The position numbers and the translations under genes were made by a program. From the NCBI GenBank assembly GCA_043228905.1, contig JBHGNT010000011.1:2294001-2358000 (forward strand): DNA of 64,000 nt. Direction: 5' to 3'. Within the stretch, counting starts at the first letter, position 1; every line of letters begins with the position of its first letter. The stretch comes from Azolla caroliniana. Lineage: Eukaryota > Plantae > Polypodiophyta. A model generated the notes under the pieces. That model was not told where the DNA came from. It made no database searches and saw only the letters and a program-made list of their open reading frames with translations. Of the stretch, positions 13,301 through 27,727 are shown piece after piece.

Positions 13301-14930
13301 TGGTCGACGGTACTTGTGCGAAAGTCGATGACCGTGCATACCGTACGTAGAGGTTCCCGGAGCGCCGCTAAGAATATAGCCCGTGTTTCTTCCTCTGGAG
13401 GTGTTCGGGTAAGTTGACTGTGCATCCGTTGAAATCGGATGACAAACTGCGGAATGCTCTCCCCAGGGTCCTACCGGATGGTATAAAATAGGCCCACCAT
13501 TTATCTTTGGTCCACCTCCTTCTGAAAGAAGTGCAAGAATTTAGCTTTCAAGTCGGCAAAGGTGGTGATGGTGCTGGGGTCTTGCGTCTGGTGCCATCTG
13601 GCGGCCGGTCCTTCCAATGTCACGCCGAATTCGACTATCTTAGATCGTTCCTCTTCAGCTGCGGTTAACCGTTGTGACACATGGTTTGCCTCCCATGTTT
13701 GTTGAAAAGCGTGAACATGAGCCTTCGCATCCGAGTCATCCCTATACTTGGGGTATTGGAACGACATGTCGTCGTCCGGTGTTGGTGCGCGGGCTGGCGG
13801 TGTCAGTGGTCTTTCCTGCTCTTATGTTGGCGTCGGAGGTCGTTGTTGGTCCTCTGTCAGAGTCGGAGGTCTTTGCCGGTCCTCTGTCGGTGTCAGAGGT
13901 CTGTGTTCCACCTCCTTCGGTGTTGCCGGCTTCTCCTCCTCGACTTCCGGTGTCGGAGGTCTTTCTTTGTCCTCTTCCGTCTCCGGAGGTTGCTCCACGT
14001 CTAGTGCTGGAGGTTCCCAGTCTGACAATTCTGGTTCCGGTGTCGGTAATGTATATGACTCCTCGTCCTCCGATCCTCCTGGGGTGTCGTTACTGCTGCG
14101 ATAGTTCGTGTGCGCGCTGTAACCCCCTTCTGAATCCGATTCCAACGTCGAAAATGCTTTGGATTCGCCGTCTCCTCCGGCCAAGGCCTGGAGAAGGGAT
14201 TCCGCTTCCCGGAGATTGCTTAAGCTGCTTCCTTCGTCCAGGTAGGCGTTTTGTTGCAGACGGAGCGACTCCTCCGCCACTTTCTAGATAACTTTTGAGA
14301 ATGATCGATCCGATCAGATTTCTTTTGCCGCTTGCTGGAAAGCCTCTCGCTGCCTTCGTCGTTCAGCAAGTCTTCTTGCTCTCTCTGTAACCGGGTTGTT
14401 CGTTAGCCTAGTCATCCATTCCCGTCATTGTTCACTGCGATTGTGCAGGAATCGTGGTCGCCAAAAACTGTGTTAATCCTTAGGGCCGGACAACAGCCTA
14501 ACACAGGGTGTCCACTTAAGACACTTCACCAAAGGGTGTTATGGCGAGATAACTTACGACACAACGCTTAATTGGACCTTAATTGGTTACTTAGCAATAC
14601 GTCATTAACACGCGTAAGATATACAATAAGCACAGAACGGTGAACAATACTCAATGATTAACAAAAGGTTTATATTACTCTTCGTTGATGACTACATTGT
14701 AACCGGGCCTTTATATAGGTCACCGGTGTGCAAAGTACAAAACGGTGCCAACCGGTACCTATTCGGGATCGGTTCAGATCCGGATCGGCACACCAATTCT
14801 GGTCCATCCGTCCACATCCTCTCATATATTAATATATTAAGACTAGTAATTACAACAGATTCCGAAATAACAATTCCCCTTTTCACACCCTGGTCTTGGC
14901 GTCCTTAGCTCCTTTGTCGGTTGGGTAACA
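10335..14930 (-). mobile_element. Non-autonomous gag-only Gypsy-type LTR retrotransposon
   Basis: LTRs at 10335-10753 and 14471-14930 (TGTTA...TAACA, with a ~41-bp indel). TSD TTGCT at 10330-10334 and 14931-14935. Minus-strand PBS TGGCGACCAC (tRNA-Arg-like) near 14454-14463. No pol motifs found inside. Confidence 0.92.
10892..14415 (-). pseudogene. Gag-like protein with a long coiled-coil extension, interrupted by stops
   Basis: Gag-like segment FQYPKYRDDSDAKAHV...LEGPAARW...LKAKFL (13501-13767), a Pro/Glu-rich linker and E/K/R heptad ORFs at 10892-12046. Confidence 0.75.
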
Positions 14931-17609
14931 TTGCTAGTTGAGTTATATCTTTTTGTTGGTATAGCTCACATTAAGATTCAACTCATCCTTTCTACTTCTT
15001 TGGCAATAAACCTAATCTATCATAAATGCAAATCTAGACACTTTCATTCATTTTACATGCCACATCATGATAATATACCTCTTTGTAAATATGTATGTCC
15101 ACTATTTAGTATTATATTCCCTAATTAAATGAATTCCTTCCAAGGGCACATGAGTCGGTATGTATACGGAAAGCATTCATTTAATGTGGTCTTGGGATTA
15201 TGTATATAAAGGATCCTTATAAAATATATGAGACATAATTTATTCCATTAATATGCAATAAGAAGCATTCTTTAGCATGTAATTAGCGAGTAAATTAAAT
15301 TTGTGTTGCCCCTTTTCTAGAGGAACACACTCTCAGTTACTACTTCCGAGTAATCGGATCAAGGTAATTGTGGTAGGAAGGAGGAAGGGACTTTGGGTCG
15401 TACTGTTTGTGTACTTAGTCTAATGCGGTAACTCTACCCCAAGGGTTCCCGGATAACTCTCTTTGTGGATAACTGAGCTTGCCTAATCCGCACAACACTC
15501 TAGGATACAGACAAATCTTAGAACTTCATAAGGAACGTAGTAACAGGTATCTCGTCAAATTGGCTACAATCGATTAGAGGCTCACAATTACACACAGACA
15601 ATATACTTTGGGGCACACGTTAGACACATAGGATTACCCCACTAGAAAGATTAATATGTTAAGAATAAGCGTCGTTTGCCTTTCAAATAATACCCTTGCA
15701 ACCCCCCCTACTCTCTCAATCACTCGGTATTTAAATAGGCCTCCATGACTTATTGTTTGGGATCGTGCTCGCTCATGAGATTAGGATACCAAGACAATTA
15801 TATTGCACAAACATGTAGACCAACATAGTGCCATAATATATATCAAGCATCCCAACAATGTATCTACTAGCACACAAACCACTTATCAACCACTGAGCTT
15901 AACAATTATATGCAATTCCTTTAAAACACTATAAGTTGCGTATTAAATTGGATTAGAAACTTTGTTTGTATTACAACTATATGCCTACATCTTATATTCC
16001 TTTATTATATTGTGTAAATTGTATGCACATTTGGTGGGTCGCCATCTCACTATTCAACTCTTAACTATCTAAACATTGGTCAATTAATCAACAATTACTT
16101 GAAATAGTGCTCTCCCTACACTTTGTTGCCTCTTGTCCTTTACGCACTTGTTAGGTGACTAACAATTGTTGAGTGAATATAGGCATTGATTAACGACATT
16201 TTATTTGTTGAGTGAATCTCTCTCCCTTACAGTCTCATGTCTTTAATACCAAAGGCTCCCTAACACTTGATATCCACCTTATCCATATGTACTCATGCAT
16301 CGTGCATGCTCTCTCTCTATACATGATGTACACATTGGCCTTCTCTATTCACTTGGTTCCTTCCATTCCAAGTTTGTTAATTGCTACACCCTCTTGTAGA
16401 CACTAAATTTGTTAATCTCATCTCTTGACTATCACCAAGTGGTTTCCACTATTCAAGACTAACCCAAACTGTTAAGACGAGGAAAAAATAAATGCCAAAA
16501 TGGTTGCAAAATTCATCTCTTGGGTAGAAGACCTAACAGAATTTGCTTCGAGCATATTGAGTCACAAGCTGATGAGAAATGGGTGTTATATTTGCATATT
16601 CATGTATGTTTTTAATTGTGATGACTATTGGGCCCTATTCATAGCATTAAGTGTTGTGCCTCAATTGTAACACAAATAGGGAAATCATTATCAATAATGG
16701 AAATAACTCATTAAGCACACATTTAATTACTTCAATAAGGAGAGGAACTAGTACTTAATTAAGATGTTGATAATGTAGTTTCAAATTTCCTCTTCTTGGG
16801 CTCTTTCAAAGACATGCATGTTCTACATAGTTGATGGTCAATGAAATCAATGGGGAAGAAAAAATTTGTGAAGAGTGTTGAAGAAACATGCAATAATGTA
16901 CCTACAGGGTCTTAGGATATCTAAAATATAAGGATGATGGTATTGGTTGAGGAAAATCGTTCACGAGGTAGGATTTCAAATAAAAAAAGAAGAAGATATC
17001 CCATCTACCTAAGAACAACACGAATTTGACTACAAAGAGAAAGAAGTTGAGTGCATGGTGGTGGACATGAAAAGTGTTTCATCTTCAAATTTTCAATTAC
17101 AAAATTATATGCTTTACTTTTCAATTTAAGCACAATTATATACAAACACATTGAATATTACTAAGAATCTCTCGCCTTAGTTCTCAAATCATATTACAAT
17201 TGACAAATTGATGGCCAATAAAATCAACGTTATCGCGTAAATGCATGTGCGTGTGCTACTTGAACGCGACCATGGGGGTCTTGGACTATGGAGGATGCAA
17301 AGACAAGGAGGGCGCGGACATTTGGAGACTCCTGGGAGTTTGAAAGCTCCTAGGAGTTGAAAGGTCTTCAAACTGGAAGCCTCTCTAGACTCGACGACTT
17401 GTTGGAGTCGAAGGCTCGTTGAACTCAAAGGATCTCTAGACTCGAAAAGGATCTCCAAGGTCAAAGGCTCATAAGACTTGAAGGGTGTCCAGAGTCGAAG
17501 GCTTGTTTGACTTGAAGGCTCATAGGAGTCGATGGGAGTGACAAGTTAGACAACTATTAACACGCAATGTTGGGATCAAAATATGCGATTAGCACAAGTA
17601 AAAGGAGTA

Positions 17610-17689
17610 AAATGTAATCTTTTTGGTCTCATAGGTCATATTTGACCTTCGAAGACGATAATAGAATCTATCTATCTATCTATCTATCT
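17610..17689 (+). mobile_element. Short 3'-tail copy of the LINE family at 37274-52762
   Basis: AAATGTAAT...GGTCTCATAGGTCATATTTGACCT.CGAAGACGATAATA..(ATCT)n matches 52680-52762. Confidence 0.85.
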
Positions 17690-20600
17690 TGTTTTACTCT
17701 CTCTTACACAAAGAGGATATATTATTATTAACACCAGAAAGAAGCTACTATTCATAATTACATCTTCATATTATTAGATATTAGCACTACTAATCCACAT
17801 TGGTAGCCTGTCATGCATAACACAACACATGAAGATGTTCGCATCGGTGTGGGTATTGCAACTTCATACAATTAGATTCTTCTTTTACTTAATTCAGTAT
17901 TGGTAGCTTGTCATACATAACATAACCCATGAAGATGTTGGCTTCGGTGTGGGTACTACACTAAGGGCAAGACTAGGACAAAATGGGGGATACAACAAAT
18001 TTTCCCTTAAAGCTTCAGGCCAAATGGCCACAACAACGTGAAAGGGGACAATCCCTGTATAAAAAAAACTATAAAAGATACTTTTGATGACTTATTAGAT
18101 TCTTCTTAAAACCTCCCTTCATGGTCTTAAGTTTGAGCTCCCTCTTTCTCCCTTGTCGTCATATCTTAGACCATGAAGTGACACCTTGTTTGAGTTACAT
18201 ATCTACAACCTGTCTTTGCACAATATATCCACCTCTTCTTCTATCTTTTTTGCTATTACCAACGTAGTGGGAACCACCTTGTTACTCACGTGGATGATTG
18301 TCAATGTCGCATCTATTCTCATGCTTGCCTCTATAATTGTATTATGTGTGGATGTTAGTGAAACACCTTCTTTTTCTTATTCTCGTCCATAGCCACATTT
18401 ATAGCTAGATAGATCCATGAGGATAACAATGATGATGAACTAGGGTCTTTTGCACCATTATCCATGATAGGGTTGCCAAAGTGCTCGAGGCGACCAAAAC
18501 TTGAAAGAAAAAGATGTCGATCAGACAAAGTGGGTTGTCAATAATCATGTTTAGGCAACGTGGAATGCTTAGCAAATTTTCTCCCTCACATTCTTGTATC
18601 ATTGGCATGGGAGGCACCCTAGAGTAGGATACCCCCTATATATTAAAGATATGCACTTATGGAATGTATACACACACATTCTCTCTCTCTCCATATTTTG
18701 GGGGAGAGAAAATCACTAATTTTACCCACACCTCAAGAGCCAATCACATTTTAAAAAACTAGAGCTCAAATCCTACGTTACTCAGAACTCTCATGCCTAT
18801 CTCTCGTTTGGAGCATTTCCAAATGGATTTTCACATTTTGGGGAGAGAGGAAGTTACCAATCTTAGCCAAACTTCAAGTTCCAATCACATTTTAAAAAAC
18901 TAAAGCTCGAATCCTACCCTACTCGCATGCCTATCTCTCGTTCACAGCATTGCCAAAGGGATTTTATAATAGAGTAACCCCTAAACTTTTAGGCTTAGAC
19001 ATTTATTGACCTCCATGGGCCCGACAGGTGACAACTTTTGAGGGAGTGCGTGAATATCCATTAATTTCAGGGTTGATACTCATTGACAGAGGCCAACATT
19101 AACATATTTGGAAATCTTCCAAGGTTGTCACTTGACTATCGCGTGGAGTGCATGCCTAATGGGTCAATAATGACACAAAGGATGACGTCTAGTAAAAAGA
19201 CGTGTTCATGCAATCTTTCAAGGCCTATATATTCATCAATAAATTAGTAAACCAATCTCGATGAATATGTGCATTGTGCAACACATTGTTTGCCTTTTTC
19301 TCATGTCTAAAGGTATTCATTAAAATAAAAAAGCAAAAACTTTAGTGTGTCATCATATATGTCATCCATGTTGAAACAAAAGACATATAAAAATGAAAGA
19401 GGAACCATATATAGGGCATGGATCTATGAACTGAGTAGCTATTTAGTGACTCTACATGGTATAAGGACAAGGAACATGGACTTTTGTGTTTTATATAAAT
19501 TGCAACCAACAATTCCATGGCATATTATCTAACAAAGAAGTAGTTAGCATTACTACTTTGCCAAAAAGTTATCCAATATTCGGAAGTGTCCAAAATACCG
19601 CCAACAAAACAATACATATGATTAGAGCTTGAGTTGAAAACTTATTGAATTTGGGATATCATGGAAATTATGTTAGGACATGGAAAAAGAATCAATCTTA
19701 AGGTTTTGACGAATAAACGATATTGCATGCTATAAATATATTGTCGTAATTGAATGGGTAAAGTCGATAACAATTGAACGCCTTCAAAGGCTAAAGAAGA
19801 CATTATGTATATGCCTTCAAAATGGCTTTTCCAAGCTCATGTGTTTTCTATGTTCTCTCGTTTGCCTTGAAATAAGAATCTTTTGATTTTTGTTGACAAG
19901 GATGCATTTCCATTAATTCTTCTGATAAGCATATTAAATGTTGATAAAACGATTGATTGACTAAAAGTGATTGACATACTCATGAGTCATAGTGTACACT
20001 TGATCTTTTTCAATGTCCTAATGTTGTTGGGGACCTTTCACTTGCACTTCTCAAACTTCGAGAGCAATCTCAACTATTAAGAGTTTCAACTTTGATAGCT
20101 TGAAACACCAACATTACTACGAGCTATCAATTATCAATATCTAACCATTATGATACAACAAAACATACAAGCAATACATCGACATACTAACGTTAAATAA
20201 AAATTACTTATGATAATAGATTGGCTTCATAATGAAGGTGGTGGTGATATAGCTAGAGAAGATCGACCAGTCATGTTCAAGCTCATCATATTATGTCCCA
20301 AATTATAAGTGATCACTATACTACATAGTACAATGGTTCATGTGATCATTTATAAAACAACTTTCATTGATAGAGGCATAGTTGTTCAAACATTGAACAC
20401 ACAAGTTGGAGTTCCAAAACATTTTATTGCCACATGATTAGTGTGCGTATTTCATTATTTAATGAGGATGACTCTTAAAAGACCAATAACACTAGGTCTA
20501 TTGGCATGATATATGAGGTTCACTATAATATGCCATAAAAGGTTCTAGGGCCATGTGATTGTGAATTAGTTGGAGATTGACAATCGTTTAGTACTATCAT

Positions 20601-21319
20601 GCATTGGTGGGAGGCCATATCAACAAATGAAATGCAATATTTAATCATATTGAACATCAAAATGCGGTGTGCTTCAGTCATGTCACACCTCGTAAATCTT
20701 GACTTGTTACAATTTGTCAACTCTCAGGATATACCGTAATAATGCGCAAACATATTGACCATTGGGAACTCTTGAGAGTGTGAGATTTATACCAATCTTG
20801 TTTATATGTAGTTGAGAAAGGTAGTCTTGTTTATACTAGTCTTGAGAGTGGGAGTTTCCAAAACGAGGGGCAACACCAAACTTCCTGACGTAATCACCAA
20901 AGATTACATGATAAACCAGGTTCGAACCAAGAGATATGTTTCGACACACGAGAAACTTGCGCTAGACCTACTTTTTTATAGATGAGAGGTGAGGGCAATT
21001 TGTGGGAGGGAGGGAAAACTCTCGACTCCCTAACTTTAACATGACAACACAAACAATAAACCTGTGAAGAAGAGCGCAACAACATGATATAGTCCCGGGC
21101 CATCAATTCTACAAGACAATCCGAGATTCACACCATCACGTTTTTATAGTTGAGGACAAATGGCGACAATCAAGAGATCTGGACAAGGGCAAATCAAATA
21201 GGGCGAGAGGTGCACACGGGCAAAGGCAACACTTCAGAAGTATTTGGACAGCGAGAGGCGACCAAGTTTCTAGAGGGAGAAGAAAAGCCAAACAAGTCCT
21301 GAGTTGAGACACATGCACA

Positions 21320-21361
21320 CATACAAAATACATACATGCGTACATACCTACTCATACATAC

Positions 21362-21420
<59 letters not shown>

Positions 21421-21680
21421 CATATACATGCATACAAATGCAAATACATACATACATACATACATACATATACAAATACATACATACATCCATACAAATA
21501 CAAATACAAATACATACATACATACATCCATACATCCATCCATCCATCCATACATACATATAGACAGACATACAAATACAAATACAAATACATACATCCA
21601 TACAAATACAAATACATACATACATACATCCATACAAATACAAATACAAATACAAATACATACATACATACATCCATACA
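21320..21680. repeat. Compound microsatellite (TACA)n/(TACAAA)n/(CATC)n upstream of the fructokinase
   Basis: Read directly. It accounts for the spurious HTYI/MYVC ORFs in all frames. Confidence 0.95.
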
Positions 21681-22028
21681 TGAAGAAGGAAGAAGAAGAA
21701 GGAGGAAGAAGAAGAAGAAGAAGAAGAAGAGGAATTCTCTCTTTTCCTGATTTCTCTGCTTTTTCCTTCCTACATTCATTCTCTCTCTCTCTCTCTCTCT
21801 CCCCTCTGAGCTGCTGGCTATGGCGACAGTCGCTTGATCCTTCCTTCCTTCTTTCTTTCTTTCTTTCTGAATTCACACATACATACATACATACATACAT
21901 ACATACATACTCTCTTTCATCACCTTCTCAGCCAGAAGAAAGAAAAGAGAGACAGAAAGAGCGGAAGAAGAAAGGGCTCCTCTCTCACTCAGCTGTAACC
22001 CGAGAGGAAAAAAAGCTCCGTTTCACCC

Positions 22029-25000
22029 ATGGCTATGGCAATTGTTGCAGGATCCGAGCTCCTCAACTCCACTTCCTTCTTCTCCTCTTCTTCATCTTCA
22101 CCATATGCTTCTCCTTCGCTTTCTTCTTCTTCTTCTTCATGCCGAGTATCATCTGCTCAGAAGTCTGTCCACTGCTCATCTTTCCTTGGCCCCAAGCTTC
22201 AATGGAGCAGAAGTGGATATAACTCGTCTTCTAGCTTCTTCAAGAAAAGCTTCTTCAATTCGTCGAGAAGACCGGGTACTGCCATTTTTCTTCCTCCTTC
22301 TCTTCTCATTCTCTGTCTTTATTCGTCTCCCTTTCGCTCTTATCTCACATCCAAGAAACTTGAATACATCCTTTCTCTTTCTGTGTCTCTCTTTTCCACT
22401 CCTCGTAAACCATACTTCATTTTTCTCCGTATGCCTTGTCTGACTTCCTTCCTCTGTCTCTGTTTGTTTCTCTTTCTTACTCTCTCTATCTCACTTCTAA
22501 GAAACTCGAATACCTTCCTGTTTCTCTCTGTGTGCCTTTCTTTCTACCTCTTTGTAAATCATACTGCTATGGTTTTTTGGGTGTTGATGATCATGTATTG
22601 GTATCAGATCGTGCTCAGATCTCCGTGTATTTTTGGTAGAACCGTATGCTGCCTCAGTATTTGATTGTATCCCATGTCAGTTATCAAACACCGAATAAGT
22701 CTAAGATCGTATGCTGTCTACCTAAGGTTACGATCACGAAAGACAGATCTATGTTTCTAAGCCCACGTGCAGATTCGTGCGTTTTTAGATATACAATAAT
22801 TTCCCCCTCTATTAAATATCTGATATTTCCAAATGGAAACATCCATGGCGATTCTTTTACTCGTTCTCCTCCATCTATGTATCTATATTTTTCACAGTGT
22901 ATTTAGAATGGAAAAATCTACAGTTTTTGTTGCAAGTATAGTGATGCATAATGGAAACATCTACAATATATTTGCTTTTCCTCACGTTGCTGCCATGCAC
23001 ATAGATCCATGCAAGGTTGTTATGCCTCGTTCTTGCAAAATCATCCCAGTTTATTTGTCTGTTGAGCAATGTTTCTTATGCTTATACCCTACGGATGCAA
23101 AATCTTCTTGGCTATAAATCATTTGATTGAATTCAAGGTCCCATTGAATGTGGAAAGAGGTTTATGAAAATTCAAAATGGCATATGGAAAATTGGTCTTG
23201 ATTTAATCATTTTTAATGAATTCAAGGGTTTCTATGAACCTTTGGATACAGGGTTTCTTATAATAATTTACAATACGTGCAAGAAAATAACCGTGGTTTT
23301 AGTCATTTTGTTGAGTTCAAGTTTGAAGAGAGAAAGCATGATCTGATAGTTCAACAGCTGGTATATTAGTGGCATGCATACACGCGTAACGTGCATACAT
23401 ACAGATACATTAACTGTACATATACATATATGCGGACATGTATATATGTTGAAGCATACAAATATGTTCCTATAAACCATGGACATATGCTTAGGAGATC
23501 TAAACATTCTTATGCAGTTTCAATTAATCATATTATTTTGCAAAAATGGAAATTATATAACCAGAAAGTACCCTCTTTATTTATCTATTTGCAGCCATTA
23601 TTAAATCGTCAATAAAAGAGACCAAGGAAGAGGAGCCATTAGTTATCTGTTTCGGAGAAATGCTCATTGATTTTGTACCCACTGTGGCTGGAGTATCTCT
23701 TGCCGAAGCACCTGCCTTCAAGAAAGCGCCGGGTGGTGCCCCTGCTAATGTAGCTGTTGGGATTGCTCGGCTTGGTGGGAATTCTGCCTTTGTTGGGAAG
23801 GTAATTAATCAAATAGTAAATCATTTCTTTGATTTTTGGAAAAAAATATATGTTGTTTTTTTGCCTTTGTATGTTCTTGCACATATCATTTTTTTGCTTG
23901 ACTTAAAGTGTCTAATTACAACATGTTTATAAATTAATTTCAATAACTTTGTGACTCTATCTATAAACAATAATTTGTTTGGATGTCTAGAGTATTGTAT
24001 ATGATGTATAAAGGCAATGCTTTCATGTTTTACTTTAAATGTCTTCTATATATTCGTGCAGGTTGGGGCTGATGAATTTGGCTACATGCTTGCTGACATT
24101 CTGAAGAAGAATAATGTGAATGCTGAGGGGTTGCTATTCGATGAAGGAGCTCGGACAGCTTTAGCATTTGTGACGCTTCGAGCTGATGGTGAGAGAGAGT
24201 TCATGTTCTTCCGCAATCCAAGTGCAGACATGCTTCTTCAGGAGAATGAATTGAATGCGAGCCTGATTCAGAAGGTGCTCTCATAAATTCTTTTCTGTTG
24301 AAAGTGCTCTAGGACTAGATAGTGGTACCTACATACATAAATATGTATGCACCTACATTTACGATACTTACATATGTACGTATACACATGTATTTTGTTA
24401 CATGTGTATGTCTGTGTATATACATTAACATGATTTATATGCGTAAATACATGTGCAGATCATTGCAAAGATTGACTTTCAATGAGTGTTTTTTCTGAAA
24501 TTTTGAAGAAAAAAAGCTCATGTTCTTTCCAATTTTCTGGTGTGTAGGCGACAATATTCCACTATGGGTCCATCAGTCTCATAACTGAGCCGTGCAGGAG
24601 TGCACATTTGGCAGCAATGAAGATTGCAAGAGAAGCCGGTGCTATTCTGTCATATGACCCAAACCTGAGGAAGCCTCTGTGGCCATCTGAGGATGCAGCA
24701 CGTGACGGCATTCTAAGCATTTGGAATGAAGCTGATATAATTAAAGTAATCATATGCAGGATTATTTTGTGTTGATTAAAGGCTTTTATACGCTAGATTA
24801 ATTTCACTGTATTAAAAGTCATGATATGCCATTTTATTCTCTCTTGATTAAAAGTCATGATATGGTAGTTCAATCATCAAGATTATAATGGATATGCTTT
24901 CTAGATTAGCGAGGAGGAGATATCTTTCCTTACCCAAGGAGGTGATCCTTACAGTGATGAAAGCGCCCTGAAACTTATGCATCCAAAGCTTAAGTTGCTT

Positions 25001-25650
25001 CTAGTTACAGAGGGACAAGCTGGTTGTAGATACTATACAAAGGTATTTTGCAGGAATGGAAATCCTAGTACTAGATAGTCTACTTTTTTTTCACTTTTAT
25101 CTATGCAAGAATGTTTTTAACTGATCTGTTGTTGAATGCAGAATTTTAGTGGCAGAGTTGAAGGCATCAAAGTTGAGACAATTGATACAACAGGTGCTGG
25201 AGATGCTTTTGTTGCTGGCATTCTGAGCCAGCTTGCTAAGGATTTATCACTATTAAATGTATGTGAGCTTTCGCTTTAGTGAGGTAGCAAATTAGGAAAG
25301 AAGAAATTTGAATAAATTGATGAAGAATGGTAATGTGCTGTTTTGCGCTGAAATCATGGCTAGTTTTTTATATCATTAGCTATGCGTTGTTATCATTAAT
25401 TGTATTCATTGGCAAAGAAAATAATGTTCATACATAGAATATAAACAAAAGTAAAAATCGAATATAAATTTGTTATTGAAGAAAACAGTTTGGTTAATCA
25501 TAGCTATGTTTGCAGGATGAGGGAAGACTGAGGGCAGCATTACGATTTTCAAATACATGTGGTGCGATTGCAACAACCGAAAGGGGTGCGATCCCAGCTC
25601 TACCAGATCGGGAGGCAGTTTTGAAACTGTTGAAGAAGGTCACAGTCTAA
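22029..25650 (+). CDS. FRK: Plastid-type fructokinase (pfkB family); exons 22029-22275, 23595-23800, 24062-24274, 24548-24745, 24905-25042, 25142-25258, 25516-25650
   Basis: All introns are GT-AG and in phase. Motifs are [55 protein letters not shown] and GAIPALP. The N-terminus is Ser-rich like a transit peptide. Confidence 0.96.
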
Positions 25651-27685
25651 TATGATGAGGCTAAGGACAAACAATATACAAAAGATGAAGCTTTCGCCAA
25701 TTTTTCTTTAATGTTTACTCTGCAATGAATAAGTCAGGGGTCCATTATGTAACGAGAGTGGCAGCCACTTTTTACTTCCCTTTTTTTTCACCATTCATGT
25801 AGCCACTACCAGCCTTTTTGTGTTTCCCTTTTTTTTTTTTCACGACTCTTACAGGGCTGGGTGAAATAAGGTTGTGTACCCATTTGCAGAGGAGGAACTA
25901 ATTAGGTGAAACATTTATTTAGATTCAGTCCTTAGAAGAAAGTGTCTTGATTGACCCTTTGAGAAATGACCAATTTTTTTTTTTTTTATCTTTTACAAGA
26001 GGATGAAACCCTATTGTTGTTCTTGATGATGATATGATGATGATGATGATGATGATAATGGTACCTGGAAAGTGAAATGGGTAAGATTGGTGGGATGTGA
26101 AGCAAACCATTCTTTTGGTTTGCGCCAGAATGCTGAAAACCAGATTCCAACCTCTGCTAAATGTGGCTAGAGTAGTATCAGTATATAAATAGAATGGCAA
26201 TTATTGTTTGTGAATAATGACTGATAAATGATGATTGTGTCTCTTACATGATCAGGACCTAGCCTAATTTAATATATAACTAAGTGAAGAGAGAAAGAAT
26301 GAAAGAAAGAAAGAAAGAAAGATATATTAACGTGAGAGAGAGAGAGAGAGAGAGAGAGTGTATTATATACTATATAACTATAATACACGTGAAGAGCATG
26401 TTCAGGATTGAATGAAAAGCTTGCCTTCACTATTTAATTTAATAACAATTGTGAGATAAAAAAAAGTCTTGTTCATTTTATGTTTATTTCTCTTGGAAGC
26501 TGAAAAGCTATGATGTTTATTTCTCTATTTTTATTGTTTCTTCTTCTTCTTTAGTGCTTGTCCGAAAACTCTTTATTTGTTTTCTCTCTTTTCTTCTTCT
26601 TCTTTACTGCTTGTCCGAAAACTTCTTATTTGTTTTTGCTCTTTTCTTCTTCTTCTTTAGTGCTGTCCGAAAACTTCTTATTTGTTTTTGCTCTTTTTTT
26701 CTATGCAAGTGCATTGTCTCTTTGCACCTTTGTATTTGTGTGTGCACATCACTCTGTCCAATTATACATTTCTATTTACCTCTTGTAAAATTGTTGAACA
26801 TACATTTTCTACCAAATAGGACCTGTCATTTCACAAAATCAAATCAAAATCAAGCATCTTACAAGGCTTCACACCTATGATGCATTGTGTAGACATATGG
26901 TCTATATATTTAACTAGTTATGAGATTGATTTATCCATTTGTGTTGTGGGAAACATAGGATGAATAAGCAACTAGCTATTGGATGAATAGCTCCATTCAC
27001 ATTGTGCAAAACTTACAAGTATTACATGAATGAGAGAAACTATCATACACATGTGTTTGCTTTTGTATGGGGTTACACCAACTTGGTGCATGATGGTAAG
27101 CGCTTTTGCTTTAGGTTACTCTCAACTATGGGATTTATAGAGTTATTTTATTCAAAGGAATCACACTTTTTTGTAAGGAAAAGTGAAAATTGTAGCAAGA
27201 CGACTCCTTCACTACAAAAGAAATATTATGTGGGTAGGAGTCGGGACATAAGAGGTATTATTATTTTATGAATTAAAAGACAACAGAAATCTAGTAAAAT
27301 GTAATGACTAGAGTTTCTTGCTTAACTTTGTTGACACAAAAAAAGAGTCTTTCTTTATTTATTCCTTCTTGTCTTTCGTTTATGTGTGAAAAAACATTTT
27401 TAAATGGTTTCAACTTTTTCTTCTTCTTTAGGTTTCAAGGCGATGGATTCACAAGACCCACCATTTAGATATATCTTTGTTGTGTTGTAGCCATGGAATA
27501 GGAGAAAATGAAGTAAATAATGGCAAAGCCTTATATTACACAATAATAAGTGAGGAAAGCGAGAGAACATTTAAAGGCATAAGTTAGAGGAACCATAATT
27601 ATACTAGATAGAAGTGTTGTTATTGGATGCAAAATTTTGATATCTCATTTGGATTTCTACTGCTATCTATTTGAGACCTTACAAA

Positions 27686-27727
<42 letters not shown>

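Noticed and set aside
15304-15857. Possible solo LTR (TGTTG...CAACA)
   Set aside because: Flanks ATTTG and ATGTA do not form a TSD and there is no second copy in the window.
17800-18965. Two diverged local duplications (about 100-bp period near 17800-17960 and about 145-bp period near 18690-18965)
   Set aside because: Ordinary two-copy tandem duplications with no further structure.
19400-20500. Possible hAT transposase relic
   Set aside because: Only faint motif echoes (such as QSCSSS); no ORF, TIR or TSD could be established.
21136-22222. Several 140-260 aa ORFs on both strands
   Set aside because: They are translations of (TACA)n and (GAA)n microsatellites.
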